Origin: Oscillospiraceae bacterium
GTDB taxonomy: Bacteria > Bacillota > Clostridia > Oscillospirales > CAG-382
Reading direction: 5' to 3'
DNA length: 64,000 bases
NCBI GenBank assembly: GCA_015063785.1
Contig: SVTM01000006.1
Span: 22,979-86,978, forward strand
The position numbers and the translations under genes are program-made. The notes below the pieces were generated by a model. That model ran no database searches. It had not been told where the DNA came from and saw only the letters and a list, made by a program, of their open reading frames with translations. Of the stretch, positions 50,967-60,266 are shown piece by piece. How positions within the stretch are numbered: position 1 is the first letter of the stretch; every line of letters begins with the position of its first letter.

Positions 50967-51383
50967 TTATTCTGCGTCAGCTTCTGCTTCTGCCTCTGCT
51001 TCAACTTCAGCTTCAGCCTCTGCTTCAACTTCGCCTTCAACCTCAGCTTCAACTTCGCCTTCAACCTCAGCTTCAACTTCGCCTTCAACTTCGCCTTCAA
51101 CTTCGCCTTCAACCTGAGCACCGTCGTCAACAACAACGTTTGCCTTGCCATCATCTGTTACGATGAACATTGCGATAACGCAGATGAAGAAGAGTGCGCA
51201 AACAACTGCGGTGATCTTGTTGAGAAGAGCGTCAACTGTCTTACCCTTCTGCTTGCCGAAGAAAGTTTCTGCGCCGCCTGCGATTGTGCCCGAAAGTCTG
51301 TGATCCTTGCTACTCTGAAGAAGAATAGAAATTACAAGGAAAACCGCCATTACGATCAAAGCGATACCTATTACTACTGTCAT
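50967..51383 (-). CDS. secG: preprotein translocase subunit SecG with a ~60-aa acidic repeat extension
   Basis: GGAGGA RBS lies 8 nt before ATG 51383. Core is IALIVMAVFLVISILLQSSKDHRLSGTIAGGAETFFG...LNKITAVVCALFFICVIAMFI. Tail is (VEGE/VEAE)n. Confidence 0.8.
   Translation of the reverse strand: MTVVIGIALIVMAVFLVISILLQSSKDHRLSGTIAGGAETFFGKQKGKTVDALLNKITAVVCALFFICVIAMFIVTDDGKANVVVDDGAQVEGEVEGEVEGEVEAEVEGEVEAEVEGEVEAEAEAEVEAEAEAEADAE
50970..51116 (-). repeat. 12/24-nt tandem repeats inside secG encoding EVEGEVEAEVEG...
   Basis: Plus-strand reading shows CAGCTTCAACTTCGCCTTCAACCT repeated, followed by CAACTTCGCCTT x3. Confidence 0.9.
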
Positions 51384-51485
51384 ATTACATGTCCTCCAAA
51401 AAATGAAATTCCGCGGCAACCGCGCCGCAAAAAATATACTTCGTATTCATCGCACAAGAATACCCTTATACGATTAGCGTTTCAT

Positions 51486-51514
51486 ATTATATCACATCCG
51501 AAACGGAAATGCAA
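51486..51514 (-). promoter_or_regulatory. sigma-A promoter (extended -10) of secG
   Basis: On the minus strand: TTGCAT (51509-51514), 17-nt spacer, TGaTATAAT (-10 hexamer at 51486-51491). Confidence 0.6.
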
Positions 51515-51554
51515 GCCTTTTTTCAACTTTTTCCAAAAAAATCCCAAAAAAGCG

Positions 51555-52034
51555 TCAGTTTTTGAAAATAAGACAGACTGCGTGAGCCGAAATTCCCTCT
51601 AGCCTACCCGTAAAACCAAGCTTTTCTTCGGTGGTTGCCTTCACGTTGATAAGCGAAACATCGCATCCGATGACGCTAGCAATGTTTTCGCGCATTTTCT
51701 GTATGTGGGGTGCAAGCTTCGGTGCCTGAGCGATAACCGTACAATCGGCGTTTGAAAGAGAGTATCCTTCACCGCGCATCATTTCACACACTTTTTCAAG
51801 CAGCTTCATGCTGTCTGCGCCGCGATATTTTTCGTCGGTATCGGGAAAATGCTTTCCGATATCCCCTTTGCCCAGTGCTCCGAGTATCGCATCCATCAGC
51901 GCATGCACCAAGACGTCGGCGTCCGAATGTCCGAGCAAGCCTTTCTCGTATTCAATCTCTTCTCCGCCGAGTATCAGCTTTCTGTTTTCGGCAAAACGGT
52001 GTACGTCATATCCGTGTCCAATCCTTATATTCAT
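51555..52034 (-). CDS. ispF: 2-C-methyl-D-erythritol 2,4-cyclodiphosphate synthase
   Basis: [21 protein letters not shown] and [11 protein letters not shown] motifs. Start overlaps the ispD stop (ATGA). Confidence 0.95.
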   Translation of the reverse strand: MNIRIGHGYDVHRFAENRKLILGGEEIEYEKGLLGHSDADVLVHALMDAILGALGKGDIGKHFPDTDEKYRGADSMKLLEKVCEMMRGEGYSLSNADCTVIAQAPKLAPHIQKMRENIASVIGCDVSLINVKATTEEKLGFTGRLEGISAHAVCLIFKN

Positions 52035-52792
52035 CGTTTTTTCTCCTTTTCTGCACGAAGGCCCATTATCGCCTGCGCGATCGCCGCATCCTCCGGATAG
52101 GTAAGCTTCAGATTGTCAGCACCGCACTCGCAAAGCTTGACAAGAAAGCCTGCGTGCGTCACAAGACTGCTCTCGTCGGTGGCGTCAAACCCGTCCCTTT
52201 CGGCAAGAGCAAGAGCGGTGTGGAACATATCTGTGTCAAAGATCTGAGGGGTCTGGATTTGCCACAGATTTTCGCGTTCCACCGCTTCTTTTATCAGATC
52301 CTTGCTGTCGGATCTTTTAAAGGTGTCGCGTGCACGGCAGGCGCAAACGGCGTTGCCGTATTTTGCAGCAAGGGCAAGAGCGTTTTCAAAATATTCCTGC
52401 GTCACAAGGGGGCGCGCCGCATCGTGGATGGCAACAAGATCGGTCTTTTTTCTGCCCGAAAAAGCAGCTTTAAAAGCGTTCAGCACCGATTGCTGACGAG
52501 TATCGCCACCGTGGGCAAAAATTATTTCTTTTTGATATTTCTCTTTGTCTACTATTGCGCGGAAAACCTGCTCGTCCTCAGGACGAACCGATATCACCAC
52601 CGCCGCCACCTTTTCGCACGCGCAAAAAACGTCAAGCGAATAAAGCAAAGCTTCCCTGCCGTTGATCTTTATAAGAGGCTTTGATATGCCGCCCATCCTC
52701 GTTCCTCCGCCGGCGGCAGCGATGATGACGGTGACCCGTATGTTTTTCAGAAAAAAGCCCTCCTTTTTTCTCCGCAAAGTACAGCGGAACAT
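52031..52792 (-). CDS. ispD: 2-C-methyl-D-erythritol 4-phosphate cytidylyltransferase
   Basis: [22 protein letters not shown] and [10 protein letters not shown] motifs. The start is uncertain: ATG 52792 was chosen because ATG 52807 lies immediately downstream of a putative -10 element (TACAAT, 52808-52813), too close to the predicted transcription start to serve as a start codon. Confidence 0.85.
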   Translation of the reverse strand: MFRCTLRRKKEGFFLKNIRVTVIIAAAGGGTRMGGISKPLIKINGREALLYSLDVFCACEKVAAVVISVRPEDEQVFRAIVDKEKYQKEIIFAHGGDTRQQSVLNAFKAAFSGRKKTDLVAIHDAARPLVTQEYFENALALAAKYGNAVCACRARDTFKRSDSKDLIKEAVERENLWQIQTPQIFDTDMFHTALALAERDGFDATDESSLVTHAGFLVKLCECGADNLKLTYPEDAAIAQAIMGLRAEKEKKR

Positions 52793-52942
52793 TCTTTTCC
52801 ACCACATATTGTAATATATTTTTACCGCATAGTCAAGAAGAAATGCGACTCTGCATTATAATAAGTAGGAAAGGAGGGGGTGAATTAACCAAATATCTTA
52901 TATTTATTAAACAAACAGCAATAATTTTTTTGTCAAAACCTA

Positions 52943-52972
52943 TTGCAAAACATGTTTGATTACTATTATAAT
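52943..52972 (+). promoter_or_regulatory. sigma-A promoter for trmH-family/dprA/topA
   Basis: TTGCAA (52943-52948), 18-nt spacer, TATAAT (52967-52972). Confidence 0.55.
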
Positions 52973-53031
52973 AATAAGTACGCGAAAATTGCCCGAAACA
53001 TTAAAGCCATGATGAAAAAGGAGGCGCCAAA

Positions 53032-53850
53032 GTGGACGGAAAAGAAAAAAGTTTCTCTGTAACCGAAAAGATAACTTCGCGAAAAAATCCCGGGGTCATC
53101 GCCGCCTGTGCGCTTTCTGACAAAAAGAACCGCGACAAAAGCGGTCTTTTCTCCGCCGAGGGAATAAAGCTCCTTCGCGAGCTTTGCGACGAAAAGGTGG
53201 ATATCGAAAAAGTGTTTTGCACAAGCCGCGCTCTTGAAAAATACGCCGATACCCTCTGCACCCTTTCGTGCAGGATATACGAAGTGACCGATGAGGTCTA
53301 CGACAAGCTCTCGTCCGAGCAAAACCCCGAGGGCATCTTTGCCGTCGCAAAAAAAACAATGGTATACGCAAAAGCATCCGAAACCCCGGGAAGCGGCGGT
53401 TTTGTCATGCTTGACAGAGTGCAAAACCCGTCAAACGTCGGAACAGTTATCAGAACAGCATCAGCGCTTGGTGTTTCTCGTATTCTTCTGGGCGAAGGTT
53501 GTGCCGACATTTTCGGCCCAAAAACAGTCCGCGCCGCCATGGGCGCTCTCTTCAAGGTAAACATCTGTATCACCGACGATATCTGCCGAGAAATAGAAGA
53601 GCTGCAAAAAGGCGGAGCCGAAGTTTTTGCCGCCGCCCTCGACGAAAACAGTGAGGATGTTGCACAGGTATCGTTTTCACATAACGACTGTCTTCTCATC
53701 GGAAACGAGGGAGAGGGTATAAGCGAAAAAGTCCTTGCCCTCTGCAAAAGAAAGGTCATCATCCCCATGCGGCAAAACACCGAATCGCTGAATGCGGCTG
53801 CCGCCGCCGCCATCCTCATTTGGGAAAAGCAGAAAGGCACAAAAGCATGA
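53032..53850 (+). CDS. TrmH/SpoU-family RNA 2'-O-methyltransferase
   Basis: AAGGAGG RBS then GTG 53032. SpoU motifs are VQNPSNVGTVIRTASALG, LLIGNEGEGIS and LNAAAAAAILIWE. Confidence 0.85.
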   Translation: MDGKEKSFSVTEKITSRKNPGVIAACALSDKKNRDKSGLFSAEGIKLLRELCDEKVDIEKVFCTSRALEKYADTLCTLSCRIYEVTDEVYDKLSSEQNPEGIFAVAKKTMVYAKASETPGSGGFVMLDRVQNPSNVGTVIRTASALGVSRILLGEGCADIFGPKTVRAAMGALFKVNICITDDICREIEELQKGGAEVFAAALDENSEDVAQVSFSHNDCLLIGNEGEGISEKVLALCKRKVIIPMRQNTESLNAAAAAAILIWEKQKGTKA

Positions 53851-55097
53851 GCGGTACGGGAACAGAATATTTCATCTGGCTGTCCGAGCTTTGCGGAGCA
53901 GGCTCGCCACTTTCAAAAAAGGTATATTCAGCCTTTGGCGGAAACCTTGCGGCAGCATACCGCGCAGCCGAGGACGAATATATAAGTCTGGGGTTTGAAA
54001 AGGAAGAAGCCGAGCTTCTTTGCGACAAAGATTTCGAGCGCACCAATATGATAATAGATTACTGCGCCGAAAACATGGTAGGCATTCTCACCTACGATTC
54101 AGAGTATTATCCGACGCGGCTTTTTGACATCGAATCTCCGCCGCCCGTCCTTTACTACAAAGGGCGTATCGAAAAACTTTCAGACCGTGCGTATCTCACC
54201 GCAGTCGGAAGCAGAAAATGCTCGCAGGATGCGTACGATGCAGGCTATGCCGTCTGCTTCAAGCTTGCAAGCGCCGGCATTTCGATAGTAACAGGCCTTG
54301 CCGACGGCATCGACACCGCCTGCACTTTGGGCACTCTTGATGCCGGAGGATTTGCGGTGGGCGTGTTGGGCAGCGGCATCAACATCCTTTATCCGTTTGA
54401 CAATTCGACCGTCTTTTCAAGAATTTTCAGAACCGGTCTTGTAATAACCGAGTTTTCGCCCTTCACAGAACCGCTTGCCGTCAATTTTCCGATAAGAAAC
54501 CGAGTCATGGCAGCTTTGGGAAACGCAGTGCTTGTGGTGGAAGCGCGAAAAAACAGCGGCGCACTTATCACCGCCGAATACGCCGTGCAGATGGGCAGAA
54601 AGCTCTATGTTCTTCCCGGCCTTGTCACAAATCCGCTCTGTCGCGGCTCGAACGCGCTGATAAAGCATGGTGCCGTCCCAGTCATCGACGCATACGACAT
54701 CATCTCGGACATGGAGTTTTCCTATCCTTCCGAAGTTTCGGTGGGGTCGGCCGCTCCCGAAAGAAAGCTTTCAAAAAAAGACGCCTATCTTTCACGCCGA
54801 ATGCGCCGAAAAGCCAAAGCGCTTGAAAAAAGAGCGCAAAGCGGCGTTTCGGAAAGCATAGTCGCAGAACTGTCACAAGAACAGGAACAAGAAAAATGTT
54901 CCGAGGAAAAGGATCTTTCGATCCTTTCCGAAACCGAAAAAACGGTGTACCTCGCCCTTCTCGAAGAAAGCACCACCGCCGATATCCTCGGCAAGAAAAC
55001 GTCCCTCCCCAGCGATACGGTGCTTTCCGCGCTGACTATGCTCGAAATATACGGACTCATCACCTCTCTTCCCGGCGGAATGTATGAGGCGGTGTAA
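53847..55097 (+). CDS. dprA: DNA-processing protein DprA (Smf)
   Basis: VGSRKCS..., IVTGLADGIDTA, GSGINILYP and the SGALITAEYA motif. ATG overlaps the trmH-family stop (ATGA). Confidence 0.9.
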   Translation: MSGTGTEYFIWLSELCGAGSPLSKKVYSAFGGNLAAAYRAAEDEYISLGFEKEEAELLCDKDFERTNMIIDYCAENMVGILTYDSEYYPTRLFDIESPPPVLYYKGRIEKLSDRAYLTAVGSRKCSQDAYDAGYAVCFKLASAGISIVTGLADGIDTACTLGTLDAGGFAVGVLGSGINILYPFDNSTVFSRIFRTGLVITEFSPFTEPLAVNFPIRNRVMAALGNAVLVVEARKNSGALITAEYAVQMGRKLYVLPGLVTNPLCRGSNALIKHGAVPVIDAYDIISDMEFSYPSEVSVGSAAPERKLSKKDAYLSRRMRRKAKALEKRAQSGVSESIVAELSQEQEQEKCSEEKDLSILSETEKTVYLALLEESTTADILGKKTSLPSDTVLSALTMLEIYGLITSLPGGMYEAV

Positions 55098-55141
55098 AAA
55101 AGGAAATCAATAATCAATATACAACCACAATAGGAGGAAAA

Positions 55142-57412
55142 ATGTCACATCTTGTAATCGTGGAGTCGCCCTCCAAGGCGAGCACAATCAAAGGCTATCT
55201 CGGAAAGGGATACAAAGTCGTCGCCTCCAAGGGTCATGTCAGGGATCTGCCCAAAAGCACCTTCGGCATTGACATCGAAGACGATTTTGCCCCCAAATAT
55301 ATCAACATCCGCGGCAAAGGCCCGCTTATCAACGAGCTGAAAAAAGAAGCAAAGAACGCCGACGTCGTTTATCTCGCAGCCGACCCTGACCGCGAGGGAG
55401 AAGCGATTTCGTGGCATCTCGCCAACGTTTTGGGGCTGGACAGCAAAAAGGCAAAGCGCGTCACCTTCAACGAGGTAACAAAGCCTGCCGTGAAAGCCGC
55501 CATCAAAAACCCCACCGAAATAAACATGGATCTTGTCGACGCCCAACAGGCAAGACGTATTCTTGACAGAATAGTAGGCTACAAGCTAAGTCCTGTGCTT
55601 TGGAAAAAAATCAAAAGCGGTCTTTCTGCAGGTCGTGTTCAGTCGGTCGCCACAAGAATTGTGGTTGAGCGCGAAAACGAGATCCGTGCCTTCACCCCTG
55701 AAGAATTCTGGAAGATCGAAGCTCTCCTTTCTAACGAAAAAGGTCAAATCAAGGCGTCCTTCTTCGGTACAAACGAAGGCAAACTCGAACTTGCCGACGG
55801 CGCAAGCACCGACAAGGTGGTTTCTGCCATCGAAAAGGGCACTTTCAAAGTAAAAAACATCAAAAAAGCAGTCCGTGTCAACAATCCCGCGCCTCCCTTC
55901 ATCACCTCCACCATGCTTCAGGAAGCCAACAAGCGTTTCGGATTCAGAACCGAAAAAACGGCAAAGATCGCCCAGGAGCTTTACGAAGGCGTTTCTCTCG
56001 GAGAGCACGGCACCCGCGGTCTTATCACCTATATGCGTACCGACTCCTTGAGAATTTCGGACATTGCGGCAGATGCGGCACAGCTTTATATCGAGCAAAA
56101 ATACGGCAAGGAATATTATCCCAAGACGCGCCGTGTATATAAATCCCGCGCAAGCGCGCAGGACGCACACGAAGCCATCCGTCCTTCGGATATGCTCTTT
56201 GAGCCTGCCGTTGTAAAACCTCATCTTTCGCAGGATCAGTTCAAGCTTTACAAGCTGATCTGGGACAGATTCGTTGCATCCCAGATGGAATCTGCCCTTC
56301 TTGACACGGTCACTATTGATATCGAAAATTCAGGATATATCTTCCGTAGCTCGGGCTACACCGTAAAACATCCCGGATTTATGGCTGTGTACGAAGAAAC
56401 AAAGGACGATGACGAAAAGGAAAGAGACGACGACGAAAAGGAAGCAAAGCTTCCCGAGGTGGCACAGGGAGAAGTTCTTTCGCTCGAAAAGCTCTCCCCC
56501 AGCCAGCACTTTACAAAGCCTCCGTCACGCTACACCGAAGCAACCCTTATCAAAGCCCTCGAAGAAAAGGGCATCGGCCGTCCTTCCACCCTTCCTCCTA
56601 CGATCACAACCATCATCCAGCGCGGATATGTCGAGCGCGAAGGCAAAAGCCTCGTTCCCTCTCAGCTCGGCGAGGTCACAACAAAGCTTATGACCGATTA
56701 TTTTGCCGACATCATAGATTACAGCTTCACCGCCGAAATGGAAGAAATGCTCGACGAGGTTGAAAACGGCGAAAAGTCCATGCTTGAAATACTGAAGCTC
56801 TTCTACGCCGATTTTGCAAGCCTGCTCGACAACGCCGAAAAGAATATCGACAAGGGTAATTACAAGCTCTCGGCAGAAGAAACAGATATCATCTGCGAAA
56901 AGTGCGGCAGCAACATGGTCATCAAAAACGGCAGATTCGGCAAATTCGCCGCCTGTCCCAACTATCCCACCTGCCGCAACACAAAGCCCATCGACAAAGA
57001 CGGCAAGGTGATCGAAAAGACAGCAGAACGCCCGACAGATAACCTCACTCCTGCTCCCGATGACGTAAAGTGCGACATCTGCGGCGGCGGAATGGTGATC
57101 AGACGCGGCAGATACGGCAATTTCTATGCCTGCGCAAAATATCCCGACTGCAAGAGCACAAAGCCCATCACAAAAGATCTCAACGTTCCCTGTCCGTCCT
57201 GCGGATCCAAAATCCTCATCAAGCACGGCAGGAAAAAGAGCGTTTTCTACAGCTGTGAAAAATACCCCACCTGCAAATTCTCGACCTGGGACATTCCTCA
57301 GGAAGAAAAATGCCCCGAATGCGGAGGTCTTCTTCTCAAGAAGAAGGGCAAGGATCTCGTTTACTGCATCAACGAAAAATGCAGCTACTCGGGAAAACTT
57401 GACAAGCAATAA
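55142..57412 (+). CDS. topA: DNA topoisomerase I
   Basis: TOPRIM LVIVESPSKA and DPDREGEAISWH, active-site region ITYMRTDS, and four C-terminal C4 zinc ribbons. Confidence 0.97.
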   Translation: MSHLVIVESPSKASTIKGYLGKGYKVVASKGHVRDLPKSTFGIDIEDDFAPKYINIRGKGPLINELKKEAKNADVVYLAADPDREGEAISWHLANVLGLDSKKAKRVTFNEVTKPAVKAAIKNPTEINMDLVDAQQARRILDRIVGYKLSPVLWKKIKSGLSAGRVQSVATRIVVERENEIRAFTPEEFWKIEALLSNEKGQIKASFFGTNEGKLELADGASTDKVVSAIEKGTFKVKNIKKAVRVNNPAPPFITSTMLQEANKRFGFRTEKTAKIAQELYEGVSLGEHGTRGLITYMRTDSLRISDIAADAAQLYIEQKYGKEYYPKTRRVYKSRASAQDAHEAIRPSDMLFEPAVVKPHLSQDQFKLYKLIWDRFVASQMESALLDTVTIDIENSGYIFRSSGYTVKHPGFMAVYEETKDDDEKERDDDEKEAKLPEVAQGEVLSLEKLSPSQHFTKPPSRYTEATLIKALEEKGIGRPSTLPPTITTIIQRGYVEREGKSLVPSQLGEVTTKLMTDYFADIIDYSFTAEMEEMLDEVENGEKSMLEILKLFYADFASLLDNAEKNIDKGNYKLSAEETDIICEKCGSNMVIKNGRFGKFAACPNYPTCRNTKPIDKDGKVIEKTAERPTDNLTPAPDDVKCDICGGGMVIRRGRYGNFYACAKYPDCKSTKPITKDLNVPCPSCGSKILIKHGRKKSVFYSCEKYPTCKFSTWDIPQEEKCPECGGLLLKKKGKDLVYCINEKCSYSGKLDKQ

Positions 57413-57447
57413 TTTTCACATTCTAAAACTTCACGGAGGAAATCCAA

Positions 57448-58437
57448 TTGAAAATAATAGTAGACTGCATGAGCGGCGACAACGCACCCGAGGCCATTGT
57501 TGAAGGTGCCATCGCCGGCGCAAATGCACACAACGCAGACGTTCTTCTTGTGGGCGATGAAAACGCCATCCGCAAGATAATCCGCGAAAAAGGGCTTCCC
57601 GAGCTTCGCGTTTCTATCTATCACACCCCCGACGATCCCGTGACCATGGAAGACGACCCCTCTGCTGTCATGAAAGAAAAGAAGGATTCGTCAATGGCAG
57701 TGTCGCTTCGCCTTCTTGCCGAGGGCAAGGGGGATGCTGTTGTCAGCGCCGGAAACACGGGCGCCCTCTTTACGGGTGCCACCCTCATCGTCCGCCGCAT
57801 CAAGGGCATCAGAAGAGCGGCTATCGGCGCCATCGTTCCCCTCGGAAAGCCTATTCTCATCGTAGACGCAGGGGCAAACGTTGACGTTCTGCCCGAGCAT
57901 CTTGTTGACTTTGCCCACATGGGCGAGCTTTATATGAAAAAGGTCGCCATGGTCAAGAATCCCAAGGTAGGGCTTCTGAATAACGGCGAAGAAGAACACA
58001 AAGGCACCGAGCTTTACGTTGCCACCCACAAGCTTCTTAAGGATTCGGATATCAACTTCATCGGAAACGTCGAGGGCAAGGACGTGCCTGCAGGCGTTGC
58101 CGACATCGTCGTATGCGACGGTTTTACCGGAAATATTCTTCTCAAGACCTGCGAAGGCTTTGGCAGATTTATAAAAAGCACCCTTTCGGATCTTTTCAAG
58201 AAAAATGCAAAAACAAAGGTCGGCGCACTTTTTGTTATGGACAGCATAAAGGATCTGAAAAAGAAGATGGACCCCTCTGAACACGGCGGAGCTCCTTTTC
58301 TCGGTATTTCCAAGCCCGTCTTCAAGGCACACGGCAGCTCTGATGCAAAGAGCATCAGCCGCTGTATCCTCCAGGCGAAAAACTATGCCCGTTCAGGTAT
58401 AATCAACGATTTTGCCGAGCTTGCATCAAAAAAATAA
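57448..58437 (+). CDS. plsX: phosphate acyltransferase PlsX
   Basis: GGAGG RBS then TTG 57448. IIVDCMSGDNAP, SAGNTGA and DGFTGNILLK motifs. Confidence 0.92.
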   Translation: MKIIVDCMSGDNAPEAIVEGAIAGANAHNADVLLVGDENAIRKIIREKGLPELRVSIYHTPDDPVTMEDDPSAVMKEKKDSSMAVSLRLLAEGKGDAVVSAGNTGALFTGATLIVRRIKGIRRAAIGAIVPLGKPILIVDAGANVDVLPEHLVDFAHMGELYMKKVAMVKNPKVGLLNNGEEEHKGTELYVATHKLLKDSDINFIGNVEGKDVPAGVADIVVCDGFTGNILLKTCEGFGRFIKSTLSDLFKKNAKTKVGALFVMDSIKDLKKKMDPSEHGGAPFLGISKPVFKAHGSSDAKSISRCILQAKNYARSGIINDFAELASKK

Positions 58438-58456
58438 CACATCGGAAGGACAAAAA

Positions 58457-59200
58457 ATGAACAACGGGGAATATCCGCTTCCTTTATCTCTTCTCGAGGA
58501 AAAGATCGGATACACTTTCAAAAACAAAAAACTGGTAGAAACGGCACTCACCCATTCTTCTTATGCCAACGAGCTCAAAGCGCGTGGAAACACCAACGTC
58601 GAATGCTATGAAAGGCTCGAATTTCTGGGCGATTCGGTGCTTTCAATCATAACCTCCGATTTCCTTTTTGAGGAATACAAGATCCTCAAAGAGGGCGATC
58701 TCACAAAGATCCGCGCGGCATCTGTCTGCGAACCCGCCCTTTTTGAATATTCAAAAGAGATCGGCGTGGGTGCATATCTTCTCATCGGACACGGCGAGGA
58801 GATGGGCGGCGGAAGAGACAGACGTTCGATCCTTGCCGACGTTTTCGAAGCCATCCTTGCCGCCATATATATCGACGGCGGATATGCCGCCGCAAAAAAA
58901 TTCGCCCTGCCCTACGTTTCGGAAAAGGTCAAGGAGCTTACGGCAAAAGGCTCGGGCGACGACTGCAAAACTCTCCTGCAGCAGTTCGTTCAGCAGAACA
59001 GAGGCGACATTCTCGAATATATCCTTGTGGACGAAACGGGCCCTGCCCACGACAAAAGCTTTTTCTTCGAGGTGCGTCTGAACAATAACTGCATCGGACG
59101 CGGCTCGGGCTCGACCAAGAGAGAGGCCGAACAACACGCGGCACACGAAGCCCTTGTGCTTTTCGGAGTTATTCCCGAAGAAAAGGAAAAAAATGAATAA
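58457..59200 (+). CDS. rnc: ribonuclease III
   Basis: RNase III signature ERLEFLGDS and a C-terminal dsRBD (GSGSTKREAEQHAAHEAL). Confidence 0.95.
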   Translation: MNNGEYPLPLSLLEEKIGYTFKNKKLVETALTHSSYANELKARGNTNVECYERLEFLGDSVLSIITSDFLFEEYKILKEGDLTKIRAASVCEPALFEYSKEIGVGAYLLIGHGEEMGGGRDRRSILADVFEAILAAIYIDGGYAAAKKFALPYVSEKVKELTAKGSGDDCKTLLQQFVQQNRGDILEYILVDETGPAHDKSFFFEVRLNNNCIGRGSGSTKREAEQHAAHEALVLFGVIPEEKEKNE

Positions 59201-60242
59201 CAACGCAAAAAAGCACGCCAACATCCCCATATTCATCCCCCACGAGGGCTGCCCCAACGGATGCGTTTTCTGCAATCAAAAAAAGATAACAGGCACCACA
59301 GCTCTCGCCCGACGCAACATAGTGCCCGAAATCGAGGCGGCACTTGCCACCATCGACCCCGATGTTTTTGAAACTGAGATCGCCTTTTTCGGCGGGAGCT
59401 TCACGGGAATCGACAGAAGCGAGATGAAGCGGCTTCTTGAATGCGTAAACTCTTTTGTAAAAGAGGGCAGAGTGTCGTCGATCAGACTTTCCACCCGTCC
59501 CGATTACATAAACGGCGAAATTCTTGACATTTTGTCGAATTACGGCGTTCTCCACATCGAACTTGGCGTTCAGTCGGCATCTGACGCCGTGCTTTCAGCA
59601 TCAAAGCGCGGACACACGGCAGAATGTGCAAAAAAAGCCCTGCAAATGATCGTAGACCGCGGCTTTGTGGCAGGCGGTCAGATGATGATCGGGCTTCCCG
59701 GATCAACTCTTGCCGACGAGATCCAAACAGCAAAAACCATCTGCGAGTGCGGTGCACTCGAGGCGCGGATATATCCCACAGTGGTCTTTTACGACACAGA
59801 GCTTTGCAATATGGCAAAGCGCGGCGAATATATTCCCCTCACAACAGCCGATGCCGCAAAAAGAGCCGCAAAATGCTACCGCATATTTCTTGAAAACGGG
59901 GTAAAGGTTCTGCGTGTGGGGCTACAATCGAGCGAAAATCTTTCGTCCGAAAACGAAGTTTTTGCAGGGGCAAACCATCCTGCCCTCGGCGAGCTTTGTG
60001 AAGGACGGGTGTATCTCGACCTTATCAAAGAGGACATCGAAAAAAAGCTTTGCACCAACGGCAACACCCTTGTCATCGAGGCGCCCTTTGGCGAAACGTC
60101 CAAAATATCAGGACACAAAAAAGAAAACAAGACCGCCCTTTTGCAATATCTTTGCAACAAACAAAAAACGGTCAGAAACATAAAAATAGTCGAAAAGTTT
60201 GACGAAAAATTCAGGATAAACACATATTTTACCGATAATTGA
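59193..60242 (+). CDS. radical SAM protein (ELP3/MiaB-like Fe-S oxidoreductase), function unknown
   Basis: CPNGCVFC (CX3CX2C) near the N-terminus. ATG overlaps the rnc stop by 8 nt. Confidence 0.8.
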   Translation: MNNNAKKHANIPIFIPHEGCPNGCVFCNQKKITGTTALARRNIVPEIEAALATIDPDVFETEIAFFGGSFTGIDRSEMKRLLECVNSFVKEGRVSSIRLSTRPDYINGEILDILSNYGVLHIELGVQSASDAVLSASKRGHTAECAKKALQMIVDRGFVAGGQMMIGLPGSTLADEIQTAKTICECGALEARIYPTVVFYDTELCNMAKRGEYIPLTTADAAKRAAKCYRIFLENGVKVLRVGLQSSENLSSENEVFAGANHPALGELCEGRVYLDLIKEDIEKKLCTNGNTLVIEAPFGETSKISGHKKENKTALLQYLCNKQKTVRNIKIVEKFDEKFRINTYFTDN

Positions 60243-60266
60243 GAACAAGAAAAGGAAGTGAACCAT

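Noticed and set aside
50785-51154. ORFs encoding SASASASTSASAS...STSPST (plus strand) and KAKLKAKLK... (minus strand).
   Set aside because: They are alternative-frame or opposite-strand readings of the secG acidic tandem repeat. The sequence is low-complexity, lacks an RBS, and the SecG frame explains it.
51405-51440. Terminator-like GC hairpin with flanking A/T runs inside the secG 5' UTR.
   Set aside because: The stem is only 5 bp (GCGGC/GCCGC). That is too weak to call without folding energies or 3'-end data.
52793-52807. First ATG of the ispD ORF.
   Set aside because: It lies immediately downstream of a putative -10 element (TACAAT, 52808-52813) of the TTGACT-17-TACAAT promoter, so it is probably at or before the transcription start. 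The exact ispD start remains uncertain.
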